Assembly: GCA_038231135.1 (NCBI GenBank)
Contig: JBBRLX010000008.1
Span: 64,001 to 128,000, forward strand
Direction: 5' to 3'
Length of the DNA stretch: 64,000 bases
DNA from: Candidatus Eiseniibacteriota bacterium
GTDB lineage: Bacteria; Eisenbacteria; RBG-16-71-46
Positions 18,660 through 29,400 of this stretch are shown here, in pieces (the stretch's first letter is position 1; every line of letters begins with the position of its first letter). Under the pieces are notes generated by a model. It saw only the letters and a program-made list of their open reading frames with translations, did not search any database and was not told where the DNA came from. A program made the translations under genes and the position numbers.

Positions 18660-20150
18660 TCATCGCGGCGCCCGGTCCAGCCAGCCGCCCGTAAATCCCG
18701 CGGCGCGCAGGCCGCGGATGACGTGCGGGTTCTTCCGCATCGTGCGCCACACCAGGTCCGAACGATAGTTCTCGGTCATGGCGAGAATTGGACCCTCGTC
18801 GATGCCGAGGTAGTCGGTGTCGTACCAGCCGGCGCCCTGGACCACGTGGCCGGCGGAAACGCCGGCGGCGGAATCCCGCAGCGTAGGATTCACGGCGTCG
18901 ACGAACCCGTAGCGTGTGAAGCCGGCGTCGCCGAAGCGATCGCGCATCGCGACCAGCGTCGGCACCACGATCTCGGGCGCGAACGCGATCGAGCCGCCCG
19001 CGGCGCTCGGCGAGATCGTGCCGTCATCGCGCACCGTGTTGAACGTCGCGCCGCGCGGCCAGTAGGTGTGGAACTCGCGTGATCGGCCCGCGATCGTCCG
19101 GGTGCCGTCCAGCGGTCCGTCGCACGCGGTGAGTCCCCACATCCGATCCCCGTAGCCCGCCCAGTTGGCCGGGTTGTCGATCGCATAGGCATGCTGCGCC
19201 AGCGTCGCGCGCCGCGAGTTCTCGAAGTAGTCGAGCCCGCGCGCGCGCATGACGCTGTCGCGGATGCCGCGGAAGTCGACCCAGATGTGCGTGTACTGAT
19301 ATCCGAACAGCGGGGCGAACCCGAGGTAGTCCTGGCCGTGGAACGTGCCCCACTTGTAGCCCTCGGTGTAAGCCGTCCACGTCTTCGGGTGCACCCGGTG
19401 TGTCGTCGAGCCCAGCGCCAGGATCTGCACCAGCATGGTCTCGTTGTAGCCGCGCCAGTCGTACGGCAGGTGGCCGTGCTCCGGATCCCAGCCCAGCACG
19501 ATCGTGGGCGGCCGGATCTGGGTCCACGTCCAGTCGGCGCGGTCGTAGAGCGAATCGGCGATCGCGCGAATTCTCGCTTCCCGCGGATTCGCGCGATCGA
19601 AGTACGACTGGCAGAACAACGCACCCGCGAACAGCAGCGCCGAATCCATCGTCGACAACTCGACGTCCTTGAAGCGCGCGCCGGTCTCGGGCACCAGGAA
19701 GTGATAGAAGAATCCGCGGTAGCCGGTGCTGCCCGCCCGAGCGGTGTCCTCCCGCGCGGTCCAGAAGAACTCCAGCGTGCGGAGCACGCGCTCGGCGGCA
19801 GCCTCGCGCGTGACGTAGCCGCGCTCGGCACCGATCGGGTAGGCGGTGAGCGCGAACCCGACCGCGCCCACGCTGATGAACGATTGCGTCGGCCAGCGGT
19901 CGGGCGTGAGCCCGCGCAGCGAATCGCTCAGGTCCCAGAAGAATCCGAACGTGCGGCGCTCGAGCGTGTCGAGGAACGCGGTCTGGCGCGCGCTCGGAAC
20001 GAACTTGCGTGCGGGAGCCGTGGGCGTCGCGGTGGCGCCGCCGGCGTGGGCCATCGTCGCGGGCTGGCAGCCGGTGGTGATGAACAGCGCGGCCGCCATG
20101 GCGACTGCCAGCGCCCAGGCCGCGGGCGCGAGACTGGTCCGCACCGTCAT
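18660..20150 (-). CDS. Putative endo-beta-1,2-glucanase (GH144 / 'glucoamylase family' PF10091-like), probable lipoprotein
   Basis: Signal ending TTGC; GLTPDR, ELSTMDSALL, WRGYNE, PLFGYQY, YFENSRRATLAQ, WGLTACD, YLGIDEGP. Confidence 0.85.
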   Translation of the reverse strand: MTVRTSLAPAAWALAVAMAAALFITTGCQPATMAHAGGATATPTAPARKFVPSARQTAFLDTLERRTFGFFWDLSDSLRGLTPDRWPTQSFISVGAVGFALTAYPIGAERGYVTREAAAERVLRTLEFFWTAREDTARAGSTGYRGFFYHFLVPETGARFKDVELSTMDSALLFAGALFCQSYFDRANPREARIRAIADSLYDRADWTWTQIRPPTIVLGWDPEHGHLPYDWRGYNETMLVQILALGSTTHRVHPKTWTAYTEGYKWGTFHGQDYLGFAPLFGYQYTHIWVDFRGIRDSVMRARGLDYFENSRRATLAQHAYAIDNPANWAGYGDRMWGLTACDGPLDGTRTIAGRSREFHTYWPRGATFNTVRDDGTISPSAAGGSIAFAPEIVVPTLVAMRDRFGDAGFTRYGFVDAVNPTLRDSAAGVSAGHVVQGAGWYDTDYLGIDEGPILAMTENYRSDLVWRTMRKNPHVIRGLRAAGFTGGWLDRAPR

Positions 20151-23100
20151 CCGAGCACCACGTCCACGCGATGCACTTCGCCGTCGCGCAGCACGGGAAC
20201 GCTCACGCCATCCTCCGCCACGTCGAGAGCCTCGCCGTCGAGGCTCGCCGACACCACGCGCCCCGCGCGCTTGCCGCGGCGCTCCACACGCACCTCGTAG
20301 CGTCCCGCGGTTCCCGGCACGCGCCAGTCGAGCTCATAGCCCGGCCAGTCGTCGGGGATCCGCGGCGCGATCACCAGCGTGTCGCCGCCGTGCCACGTGA
20401 CCCCCAGCACTGATTCGATCGTGACGCGCAGCATCCAGCCCGCCGAGCCCGTGTACCAGGTCCAGCCGCCGCGGCCGACGTGGGGAGCGGCGCCGTACAC
20501 GTCCGCCGCGATCACGTACGGCTCCACGCGATAGTTCGCGATGCGCGCGGGAGTGCGGGTGTGGGTGACGGGGCTCAGCATCTCGAGCAGTGGTGCCGCG
20601 CGGTCGCGGCGGCCCAGCTCGGCCAGCGCGCGCACCACCCACAGCGCGGCGTGCGTATACTGCCCGCCGTTCTCGCGCACGCCGGGCACGTAGCCCTTGA
20701 TGTAGCCCGGGTCGTGCGGAGTGTGCTCGAACGGCGGCGTGAGCAGCCGGATCAGCCCTTCCGCCTCCGACACCAGCAGTTTCTCGACCGCATCCATCGC
20801 CCGCCCGGCCCGCGCCGGCGGCACCGCACCGGAGATCACCGACCATGCCTGCGCCAGCGCGTCGATGCGGCATTCGTCGCCGGTCTTGGAACCGAGCGGC
20901 GTGCCGTCGTCGTAGTAGCCCCTGCGATACCAACCACCGTCCCAGCCGCCGGACTCGAGCGCGGCCACGAGTTTCGCGCGATGCTGCGCGTAGCGTGCGG
21001 CGCGGGCGGTGTCGCCGCGGCGTTCGCACGCCGGGATGAAGCCGCCGAGCACGGCGTGGAGGAAGAACCCCATCCACACGCTCTCGCCGCGGCCCTCGCG
21101 CCCCACGCGGTTCATGCCGTCGTTCCAGTCGCCGGTGCCGAACAACGGCAGACCGTGGGCGCCGGTCGCGAGCGAGCGGTCGATCGCGCGGCAGCAGTGT
21201 TCGTACACGATCCCCGCCCGGCCGGCGTCCGTCGGTTCGAGCAGCGCCTCGTCCTCGCCCGGCTCGAGCTGGCGCGCCCTTAGGAAGGGTGCAGACTCGT
21301 CGAGCACGCTCCAGTCGCCGGTCTGGTCCACGTAGTTCATCGCCAGATACGGCAGCCATAGCAGGTCGTCCACAAAGCGCGTGCGCAGCCCGCGATCCGA
21401 CGGCGGGTGCCACCAGTGGAGCACGTCGCCCTGCGCGAACTGGTGGCCGGCGTGCAGCAGCACCTGGCCGCGCGCGAGCTCGGGCGCCCACATCGTCAGC
21501 GACATCGCGTCCTGGAGCTGGTCGCGGAACCCGTACGCGCCGCCCGACTGGTAGAACGCCGACCGCGCCCAGATCCGGCACGCCAGCGTCTGGTAGGCGA
21601 GCCAGCCGTTCGCCATGAGATCGATCGCGGGCCGCGGCGTGGAGATTCGCACCCCCGACACGAGCTCCGCCCAGAACGCCCGCACCTCGGCGAGCGCCGC
21701 GTCGATCGCGCCCGGCGCGCGGTAACGGCGCGCGAGCGCCCACGCCGCGGCTGGATCGCGCGCCTCACCCAGCAGGAATGTCACGACGCCCGTGGCGCCC
21801 GCGGCCACGTCGAGCCGCGCGCGCAGCGCGAAGCACGGCTCGCGATCGGTGCCGGTCGCTCGGTCGAGATCGCGGCCCTCGGCGACCGCCCGGGGCGCGG
21901 CCACCGTGCCGCGCGTGCCCAGGAACGACGCGCGGTCGCCGGTGAAACCCGGCCGCGGCGCGCCGGCGGGCAGCACAGCCGCGGCGAACGCGGAGCTCGC
22001 GGGCAGCGTGTCGCGCTCGCGGCGCCGCGCGAGCAGCACACCCGCGTCGGTATCCCACGTCGTGATCAGGGTACGCGCCGCGGCCCTGGGATCGTCGCCC
22101 AGGACCAGGCGCTGATACGAATACACCGCGAGCCGCCGCGGCCTGGAACCCAGGTTCGTGATCGCGACCGACACCACCTTGAGCGGATCCTCGCGCGGCA
22201 CGAACAGCGTGGTGTCGTGTTCGAGCCCGTGGCTCGCGTGGGTGCAGCGGGTGTAGCCGAAGCCGTGGCGCACCTCGTAGCCGGCGGCCGCCGGAGCCGG
22301 ACCCGGCAACGGCGACCAGTATTCGCCGGTGTCCTCGTCGCGCACGTACCACGCCTCGCCGTGCGGATCGAGCAGCGGATCGTTGCTCCACGGCGTGAGC
22401 CGGTACTCGCGGCTGTTGCCGCTCCACGTCGAGCCCGCGCCGGTCTCGCTCACCAGGGTGCCGAACGATTCGTTCGCGAGCACGTTGATCCACGGCGCCG
22501 GCGGCCGCAGCAGCCCGGCGCGGGCACGGTGCGGCAGGCGGATCACATACTCGGAACCGTCTGCCGAGAACGCGCCGTGGGCATTCCGCTCGCGCAGCTG
22601 TTCCGGGCGCGCGGCGCGCCGCGGCGGCCGCGCCGGAGCCCGCGGCGCTTCCGGAGGCGACTCGTAGTTCCGGGGCAGGCTGTCGAGCAGCGAGGCATGG
22701 CGCCCGTGCGGCTTGCCGCCGACGGGCGTGGTGCCCTGGAGCTGCGCCACCGTCGCCGCGTCGCGCCGCGCGGCCTCGGCGGCGCTCACGCCCTCGAGCG
22801 CGTGCGCCTCACGCGCGTGGGCGGCGGCGCGCTCGAACGCGGCGTTCGCCGTGGCGACGGGCCGCCGCACCAGCGCCAGCGCCTCGTCGCGCCCGGCGGC
22901 GGCACCGAGCAGCAGCAGCACCCGCGCCGTACCGCCGGGCGCGAGCCGTACGACGCGGCGCAGACTCACCACCGGATCGAGCACGTTGCCCACGGTGCCC
23001 GACAACCGGCCGCTGCCGGTCAGCGCCCGCGGCGACTCGAGACTCCCACCGCGGCCCACGAACCGCTCGCGGTCGGTCTCGTGCTGAACGGCCCCCGGCC

Positions 23101-23698
23101 CCGGCATGGCGTGCACGAGCCAGGGATGCGTCTCATCGGGGCTGCGCGGGCGGCGGCGCACCAGCAGTGCGCGCTCGGCGGCGGCCCATTCGGTCTGTAG
23201 AAACAGCTTGGAGTACGCGGGGTGCGCGGCATCGGCCGCGGCGTCGTGCAGCACCACCTCGGCGTAGCTCGTGACTTCGATGCGGCGCGCGCGGCGCGAA
23301 CGGTTGTGCAACGTGACGCGGCGCACCTCGAGCGGCAGTCCCGGATCGACGCAGACTTCGAGTCGCGACTCGATGCCGTGATCGCGGCGCGCGATTTCGA
23401 ACACCCCCGGCCGCCAGATCGCGTCGTACGCCTCGGGCGCCGACCGCACGGGCTCGTGGCCCGCCGACCACACCTGGGCGCCGTCGAGATCCCGCAGATA
23501 CACGAGTGTGCCCTCGCGATCCTCGATCGGATCGCCGGCCCAGCGCGTGAGCGTGGTCGCCCCGCACGTCGTCACGCCGGTGCCGTAGGCGGTGATCACC
23601 GCCTGGAACGCGGCGTCGCCGAGCACCGCCGCGGGCGTCAGCGGCGTCCGGGGTCCGGTCACGCCCGGGCTAGGCGGCGCGACTTCGATCGTGGACAT
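20147..23698 (-). CDS. GH94 glycoside phosphorylase of the Cgs/NdvB C-terminal type (stand-alone, cytoplasmic)
   Basis: Two tandem GH94 N-terminal beta-sandwiches (AHPAYSKLFLQTE...GNVLDP; PAPWINVLAN...NSREYRLTPWSND); YQSGGAYGFRDQLQD; catalytic GTGDWNDGMN; GVRENGGQYTH; WYTGSAGW. Confidence 0.9.
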   Translation of the reverse strand: MSTIEVAPPSPGVTGPRTPLTPAAVLGDAAFQAVITAYGTGVTTCGATTLTRWAGDPIEDREGTLVYLRDLDGAQVWSAGHEPVRSAPEAYDAIWRPGVFEIARRDHGIESRLEVCVDPGLPLEVRRVTLHNRSRRARRIEVTSYAEVVLHDAAADAAHPAYSKLFLQTEWAAAERALLVRRRPRSPDETHPWLVHAMPGPGAVQHETDRERFVGRGGSLESPRALTGSGRLSGTVGNVLDPVVSLRRVVRLAPGGTARVLLLLGAAAGRDEALALVRRPVATANAAFERAAAHAREAHALEGVSAAEAARRDAATVAQLQGTTPVGGKPHGRHASLLDSLPRNYESPPEAPRAPARPPRRAARPEQLRERNAHGAFSADGSEYVIRLPHRARAGLLRPPAPWINVLANESFGTLVSETGAGSTWSGNSREYRLTPWSNDPLLDPHGEAWYVRDEDTGEYWSPLPGPAPAAAGYEVRHGFGYTRCTHASHGLEHDTTLFVPREDPLKVVSVAITNLGSRPRRLAVYSYQRLVLGDDPRAAARTLITTWDTDAGVLLARRRERDTLPASSAFAAAVLPAGAPRPGFTGDRASFLGTRGTVAAPRAVAEGRDLDRATGTDREPCFALRARLDVAAGATGVVTFLLGEARDPAAAWALARRYRAPGAIDAALAEVRAFWAELVSGVRISTPRPAIDLMANGWLAYQTLACRIWARSAFYQSGGAYGFRDQLQDAMSLTMWAPELARGQVLLHAGHQFAQGDVLHWWHPPSDRGLRTRFVDDLLWLPYLAMNYVDQTGDWSVLDESAPFLRARQLEPGEDEALLEPTDAGRAGIVYEHCCRAIDRSLATGAHGLPLFGTGDWNDGMNRVGREGRGESVWMGFFLHAVLGGFIPACERRGDTARAARYAQHRAKLVAALESGGWDGGWYRRGYYDDGTPLGSKTGDECRIDALAQAWSVISGAVPPARAGRAMDAVEKLLVSEAEGLIRLLTPPFEHTPHDPGYIKGYVPGVRENGGQYTHAALWVVRALAELGRRDRAAPLLEMLSPVTHTRTPARIANYRVEPYVIAADVYGAAPHVGRGGWTWYTGSAGWMLRVTIESVLGVTWHGGDTLVIAPRIPDDWPGYELDWRVPGTAGRYEVRVERRGKRAGRVVSASLDGEALDVAEDGVSVPVLRDGEVHRVDVVLG

Positions 23699-23780
23699 GA
23701 GGGGTGGACTCCGTCCCGCGGACCGCAACGGACCGTGGGACCGGCGAAATGGAACGGGCGGGCGTACGGCGCAACCGCGG

Positions 23781-25364
23781 TCAGCGCAGCAGCACGCACT
23801 TCTGGAGCTGGGAACGATTGCCGGCATCGAGCCGGTAGTAGTACACGCCACTCCCGAGCCCGCGGCCCCGGAGCGTCACCACCTGATTGCCTGCCGGCCG
23901 CACCCCGTCGACGAGCCGCGCGACTTCGCGTCCGGTCACGTCGTAGACGCGCAGCGTGACGTGCTCCGTAACCGGCAGCCGGAACCGGATCGAGGTCTCG
24001 TCGCGGAACGGATTCGGCTCGCTGCGCAGCAGCAGCAAGTCGCCCGCCACGGCGGGCCCCGGCACGTCCGTGGTGGTGCGCAGGAAGCCCGCCTTCGCGA
24101 GGCCAACCTGCACGTAGGAGTTCTGCATGAAGCGGTCCCAGATCGAGCTGTTGAGGTAGTTCTCGATCATCAGCACCATCGGGCCCTGATCGATGCCGAG
24201 GAAGTCGGAATCGTACCAGGGCGTGCCGGTGAGGTTGAACGCGTCGCGGAACCCGTACGTGCCCCATAGTTGGGGATACGCGTTCCGCATGTTGCGAATC
24301 GCGGGGATCGAGATCTCGGGCGCGAACGGCAGCGAGCTGGTCGCCGCGGTCGGAGAGATCGTGCCGTTGTCGGTCTGCGCCGGCGGCGCGCCGTGCGCGT
24401 TATAGCCGCCCGGGTCATCGCTGGCCGTGAGACCCCACAGGCTGTCGCTGTAGCCCGTGAAGTGGCCGGGGTTCGCGATGCAGTAAGCCCGCTGCGCGAG
24501 TGTGGCGCGGCGCGAGTTCTCGAAGTAGGTGATGCCCTTGCCGCGCATGTACGTGTCGGCAATGTAGCGGAAGTCCACCCAGCAGTGCGAATACTGATGA
24601 CCAAATAGCGGCGGGAAGATCACGTAGGTCTGGCCATACTGGGTTTGATAGTTATAGTTGCTGGTCCAGGTGTTCCACGGATTGCCGGAGCCTGCGGTTG
24701 CGGGATGGGTCGGGGAACCGAGCGCCAGGATGTAGATGATCATGCCCTCGTTGTAGCCAACCCATTGTCCGTAGCCGGCGAAGCCGGGGCCGCCCGGCTG
24801 AAAACCCATCAGGATGCCGGGGTTGAGGTTCTGCATGAACCGCCAGTCGGCCCGGCGGTAGATCGAATCCGCCCGCGCGCGAATCAGCGTCTCCAGCGAG
24901 TCGGTGCTCGAGAAGTACTGGCGCGCGTGCAGCATGCCCGCGAACAGTAGCGCGGTGTCGATCGTCGACAACTCCGAGTCGTAGGTGCGCCCACCCGTAT
25001 TCATGTCGAGGAAGTGCCAGAACAGGCCTTTGTACCCGATCGTCCCGCTCACGCTGTTGCCCTGCGGAAAGTTCCAGAACGTATTGAGCGTGGTGAGCAC
25101 GCGGTCGCGGCCCTGATCGCGCGTGATCCAGCCGTGATCGATGCCGACCGTGATCGCCGACAGGCCGAATCCGACCGCGGCGATGCTCGCCGGCGAGCCC
25201 GACGTGCTGCGGTCGCGGACCAGCCCGTTGCTGGGGTTGGCCTCGTTCCAGAAATACGAAAACGCCCGGTGCTGGACGCTGTCGAGCAGTGCTTCGGTGG
25301 TCTGGGCGCTCGCGGCCGTCGTGAACGTGAGCAAGGCTGCGAGTGCGAGGAGCGTGCGTATCAT
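23781..25364 (-). CDS. Secreted GH144-like beta-1,2-glucanase with T9SS/FlgD-Ig-like C-terminal domain
   Basis: Signal peptide MIRTLLALAALLTFTTAASA; ELSTIDTALL, WVGYNE, PLFGHQY, YFENSRRATLAQ, GIDQGP; CTD EPNPF..VYDVTGREV..GVYYYRL. Confidence 0.87.
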   Translation of the reverse strand: MIRTLLALAALLTFTTAASAQTTEALLDSVQHRAFSYFWNEANPSNGLVRDRSTSGSPASIAAVGFGLSAITVGIDHGWITRDQGRDRVLTTLNTFWNFPQGNSVSGTIGYKGLFWHFLDMNTGGRTYDSELSTIDTALLFAGMLHARQYFSSTDSLETLIRARADSIYRRADWRFMQNLNPGILMGFQPGGPGFAGYGQWVGYNEGMIIYILALGSPTHPATAGSGNPWNTWTSNYNYQTQYGQTYVIFPPLFGHQYSHCWVDFRYIADTYMRGKGITYFENSRRATLAQRAYCIANPGHFTGYSDSLWGLTASDDPGGYNAHGAPPAQTDNGTISPTAATSSLPFAPEISIPAIRNMRNAYPQLWGTYGFRDAFNLTGTPWYDSDFLGIDQGPMVLMIENYLNSSIWDRFMQNSYVQVGLAKAGFLRTTTDVPGPAVAGDLLLLRSEPNPFRDETSIRFRLPVTEHVTLRVYDVTGREVARLVDGVRPAGNQVVTLRGRGLGSGVYYYRLDAGNRSQLQKCVLLR

Positions 25365-25417
25365 GAGTACCCCTGATGCGGCAGACCGGCGGGAACATTC
25401 CCAGCCGGCGAATTGGT

Positions 25418-26437
25418 TCAGAACGTCAAACCCACCGACACTCGATGGGTGCTGCCCAGCCGTCCCTGGTCGGCCCACGCGTAGTCGAGCCGGTATGCGT
25501 ACACGTCAATCTTACCCTGAACGCCGCCGCCAGCTGTCAGGCCGACCTCGGATTCGGGTAGAAACGCATTCTGATAGCCCAAACGCAGGGCAAACTGGTT
25601 GCGATAGGTCAATTCGGCGCCCGCGCTCATGCTCTCGGCGTTGTCGTTGGGGTGGAATGCGTCGACCGCAAGATTGAGCCGTGTCGCGGGATTGATCCGC
25701 ACCGGCAGGCCGAGCCCGACCCGGAACAGCAGCGGCACCGAGAACGGGTCGGTGAACTCCTCCGCCGGCAGCTGTCCGTTGTCGCCGAACACCGAGGGGT
25801 CCTGGTCGTACGTCACACGCAGGTCGCGCCCGCCGTAGCGTCCCTGGGTGCCGAAGTTCGACAGGCTGGCGCCCAGATGGAGGCCGTTCTCCGAGGTGCG
25901 GAACAGCGTCCCGATGTTGATCACCGAGGTCGTCAGCGAGGTGTGCCAGATCGTCTCCTGGACGTACGAGAACTGGATGCCGGCCGAGAACCTGTCGGTG
26001 ATCTCCTTGCCGTAACCCAGGCCGATCGCGACATCCGACACGCGGTACAGTTCGCCGGTGCCGAGCGGAGCGCTCACCGTCCGCACCTCGATGTCGCCCG
26101 AGTTGAGCGACGTCACCGAGGCGTAGCCGTTGCCCCACTTGCCGAGCGGCAGCGCCCCCGTGATGTGGTCGTAGGTGATGCCGGCGATCCACGCGCTGTG
26201 CGAGACCAGCAGCGCCGCGCCGCCCTCGCGTCCGATCGCCGCCGGGTTGTAGTACACGGCGTCGAGTCCGTAATCGAGCGACACGCCGGCGTTGCCCATC
26301 CCGGCGATGCGCGCGCTCGGCTCGATCAGCAGGAAGTCACCGACCGTCGTGCCCGACTTGCTCTGGGCCTCCGCCGTCCGGGCGGACAGCAGCGACGTCA
26401 GGATGGCCGCGATCCACAGGTGCCGGGTCGGCGTCAT
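25418..26437 (-). CDS. PorV/PorQ family (FadL-like) outer-membrane beta-barrel
   Basis: Signal peptide; GTTVGDFLLIEPSARIAGMGNA..YYNPAA N-terminal motif; terminal Phe (SVGLTF). Confidence 0.85.
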   Translation of the reverse strand: MTPTRHLWIAAILTSLLSARTAEAQSKSGTTVGDFLLIEPSARIAGMGNAGVSLDYGLDAVYYNPAAIGREGGAALLVSHSAWIAGITYDHITGALPLGKWGNGYASVTSLNSGDIEVRTVSAPLGTGELYRVSDVAIGLGYGKEITDRFSAGIQFSYVQETIWHTSLTTSVINIGTLFRTSENGLHLGASLSNFGTQGRYGGRDLRVTYDQDPSVFGDNGQLPAEEFTDPFSVPLLFRVGLGLPVRINPATRLNLAVDAFHPNDNAESMSAGAELTYRNQFALRLGYQNAFLPESEVGLTAGGGVQGKIDVYAYRLDYAWADQGRLGSTHRVSVGLTF

Positions 26438-29400
26438 TTGATCACCGCGAACTTGCCCACATAGTCGCCGATGCCCGGCGCCGCCACATGATAGACGAAC
26501 AGCCCCGGTGCCACGTCCAGGTTGTCGCGTGTCCTCAGGTCCCACGCCACGAACCCGTTGTTCGAGCCGTCCTGGCGCAGCGTCTGCACCAGATCGCCGC
26601 GCACGGTGTAGATGCGGATCACCGAACCCTGCGGGATCGCGCGGAACTCCAGGCGCCGGTCGCCGCGGCCCGAGGTCGCGAACCGGGCCGGCTCGAACGA
26701 CGCCGCACCCGTGTACGGGTTCGGCACCACGTACGGCTTGTCCGCCCACGCCACCTTCGCCGCGGCGGGATCCACGTGCTGCGCCTGCGTCGAGAACGTG
26801 AACACGTCGTCCGAGCTGAGCGGACGCCTCAGCCTCAGGTCGAAGACGTCGCCGGCATGCGGCGCCACGATCGGCCCGCGGAGGCCCTGCCCCAGCGTGT
26901 CGAGCTGGACACGCCACGTCACCTGCGAGTCCCGCGTCGCCACGTTCGCGAACGTCATGATGTCGATCAGTTCGTCGGCCCGGCTGAGCGTGCCGTTGTT
27001 GTCGAAGTCACGGAACCGGAAGTCGAGCTGCCGGTCGCCCTGCGGCGTGTGCGCGACGATCAGGAACTTGGCGGGCTTGGCCTGGAACCCGATGCCGGCC
27101 ACGATCGCCGTGTCCTTCACCACGTCGTAGAACGTGATCGTGATGTCGTCGGGGTAGCCGGGCCGCCGGAAATTGCTCCCCAGCGTCTTGGAGTAGATCA
27201 CCGACAATCGCGTGTTCGTCCGCCCGACGTTGCTGTCCGGCTCGAACCCGGTGCGCGTCGGATCGACGGTGGTCTCGGGCGCGTTCACGATCACCGGCAG
27301 CAAGCCGTCTCCCACCGGGCCGATGCCCTCGCCGTTCAGGTCGGTCCCGGACCCGAACAGCCTGGTCCCCGCGGTGCTGTCGAACATCGCGTACGACGTG
27401 GCGCGGATGCTGTCGGAATCGGGCGTCGCGAATGTGATCTTGAATACGTGGTCCTGCGGAATCAGGTTCGAGTCCACGATCCGGAGCGCGACCTGCCCGC
27501 TGCCGCGGCCTGCGACGTGCGCGGCGGTGTCCACTGTGGCACCGACGAAGCCGGGCACCATGGGATTCGGCCGCACCGCGACCGCGTTCGGCGGCAGGAT
27601 CAAGCCGCCGCGCGGCGTGCGCGACACCGAGATCGAGTTCTCGGACGGGTAGAACGCCAGCGAATCGGGCACGCCGTCGGGCGAGCCGTAGTCGTAGGAG
27701 GTCACGGCGTAGTAGTACTGCTGCCCGTTCACGGCCGAGGTGTCGGTCCAGGTGTGCGTGATGCCGGTCTCGTTGCCGAGGAAGTACGCGACGCCATCCA
27801 CGGTCTTCTTCGAATAGCCCTGGCGCCCGTCCTTGAGGTCGAACTGGATGATCGGTTTGCCATTCACCGGCAGCGGATTGCCGCGGCCGCTGGTGAGCAC
27901 GTGCGCGTCGAGGAAATCGGGGTCGGTCGCGCGGTAGATGCGGTACCCCTCGAAGTCGTTGACGAACGACACCGGGTCGATCGAGCGCTCGGCGACGTCG
28001 TCCCACGACAACCGCACCTTCCCGTCGCCGGCCTCGGCGCGCAGCGTCGGCTGCTGCGGCGGCACCGCGAACTGGTAGTTCGCGGTGTAGATCTGCTGCA
28101 CGGTATGGATCGTCTCGCGCAGCTCCGACAGGTCCGCGGCATAGGACAGCGCGAGGCTGAACCGCTCGCGCTTGCCGGCCTCGAGCCGGAACGGGCCCGA
28201 CGCGAACAGGAATCCGATGTTGTAGTTCGCCGCGACCGCGGAATCGAATCGCGCCGCCGGGTTCAGGTCGGTGAAGTGCTCGTACAACCGCTGCGGCCAG
28301 TTGTTGTTGTCGGTGAAGAACAGGATGTCGTCGGTGCGCGTATCGGGATTGCCGACACCGGCCTTGATCCGGTTCATCTTGAAGCCGGTGAGGCCGATCT
28401 GGTCGGACTCGTTGAGGTCGGTGCGATCGAAGTTCGGCTCGCCCTCGGTGGGGATGCCGTCGCCCTCACCGGTGTCGTGCGTGTCGGGGATGCCGTCGGC
28501 GCCGACGTCGTTGAGGTCGGCGGTCCAGTCCAGGTCCTCGTCCCCCGTCCACCAGCGCCCGGCACGAAACGCCGGCCGGTTGTCGAGCAGCCCGTAGTAC
28601 GCCTCGAATTTCGCGAGATCGTAGTGCGCCTCGACGTAGGCGCGGATCGCCGGCTTGCCCTCGATCAGCGTGCCCGGACCGCCGTCGCGCTTCTCGTCGG
28701 TGATGCCGTCGCCGTCGTTGTCCACCCCGTCGAACGGATTGCCGGGGGTCTCGAGGTACGAGTAGCCCATGTAGCCGGTCGGCGAGCAGCGGCCCGCGAG
28801 ATCGACGCCGTGCCCGTAGGTGTCCCACGTGTACACCAGGTTCAACCCCAGCGACTTGTCGAAGAACGCATTGTCGTCGTCGGATTCGTAGACGCCGTCG
28901 CACGACAACGCCGAGCCGCCGACGCCCGAGTCCATGTAGAGCCCGAACACGACGTTGTCGTCGTAGGTCGTGGTGCCTTCGTTCGTGATGTCGTAGTGCC
29001 AGAAGATCACGTTGCCGGCCTGCGGATTCGACCACTGGAATCCACGCACCTCGACGCGCAGCCCGAGCCCGTGGCGACTGAGATCGGTGCTGTCGGGATT
29101 GAAGTCGAACGCGTCGTAGAAATCATCGTCCATCACCGTGAACGATTCCTGGTCCGCCGCCGGGCGTTTGCCGAAGTAGCCGTCCCACGAGCCGCTCCAG
29201 CCCGGATCGTCGGGGTCGATGAGCTTGTCGGGCCAGCGGTTCGGCCACGTGCGCGGGTCGTTGCTGATCGCGGGCGACCGGCCGCGGTTGATCGTGGGGT
29301 CGGCCTGGGAAAATCCGGGCCGCGGCTCGAAGCGCATCACGCGGTTGAAGTACGGGCTGATGCCCTGCCGCTCGCGGAAACCGGTCTCCATGATGTACGC

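Noticed and set aside
20147..25364. Cyclic beta-1,2-glucan synthesis locus (cgs/ndvB)
   Set aside because: No GT84 or transmembrane synthase region is present; import functions and a LacI repressor point to catabolism.
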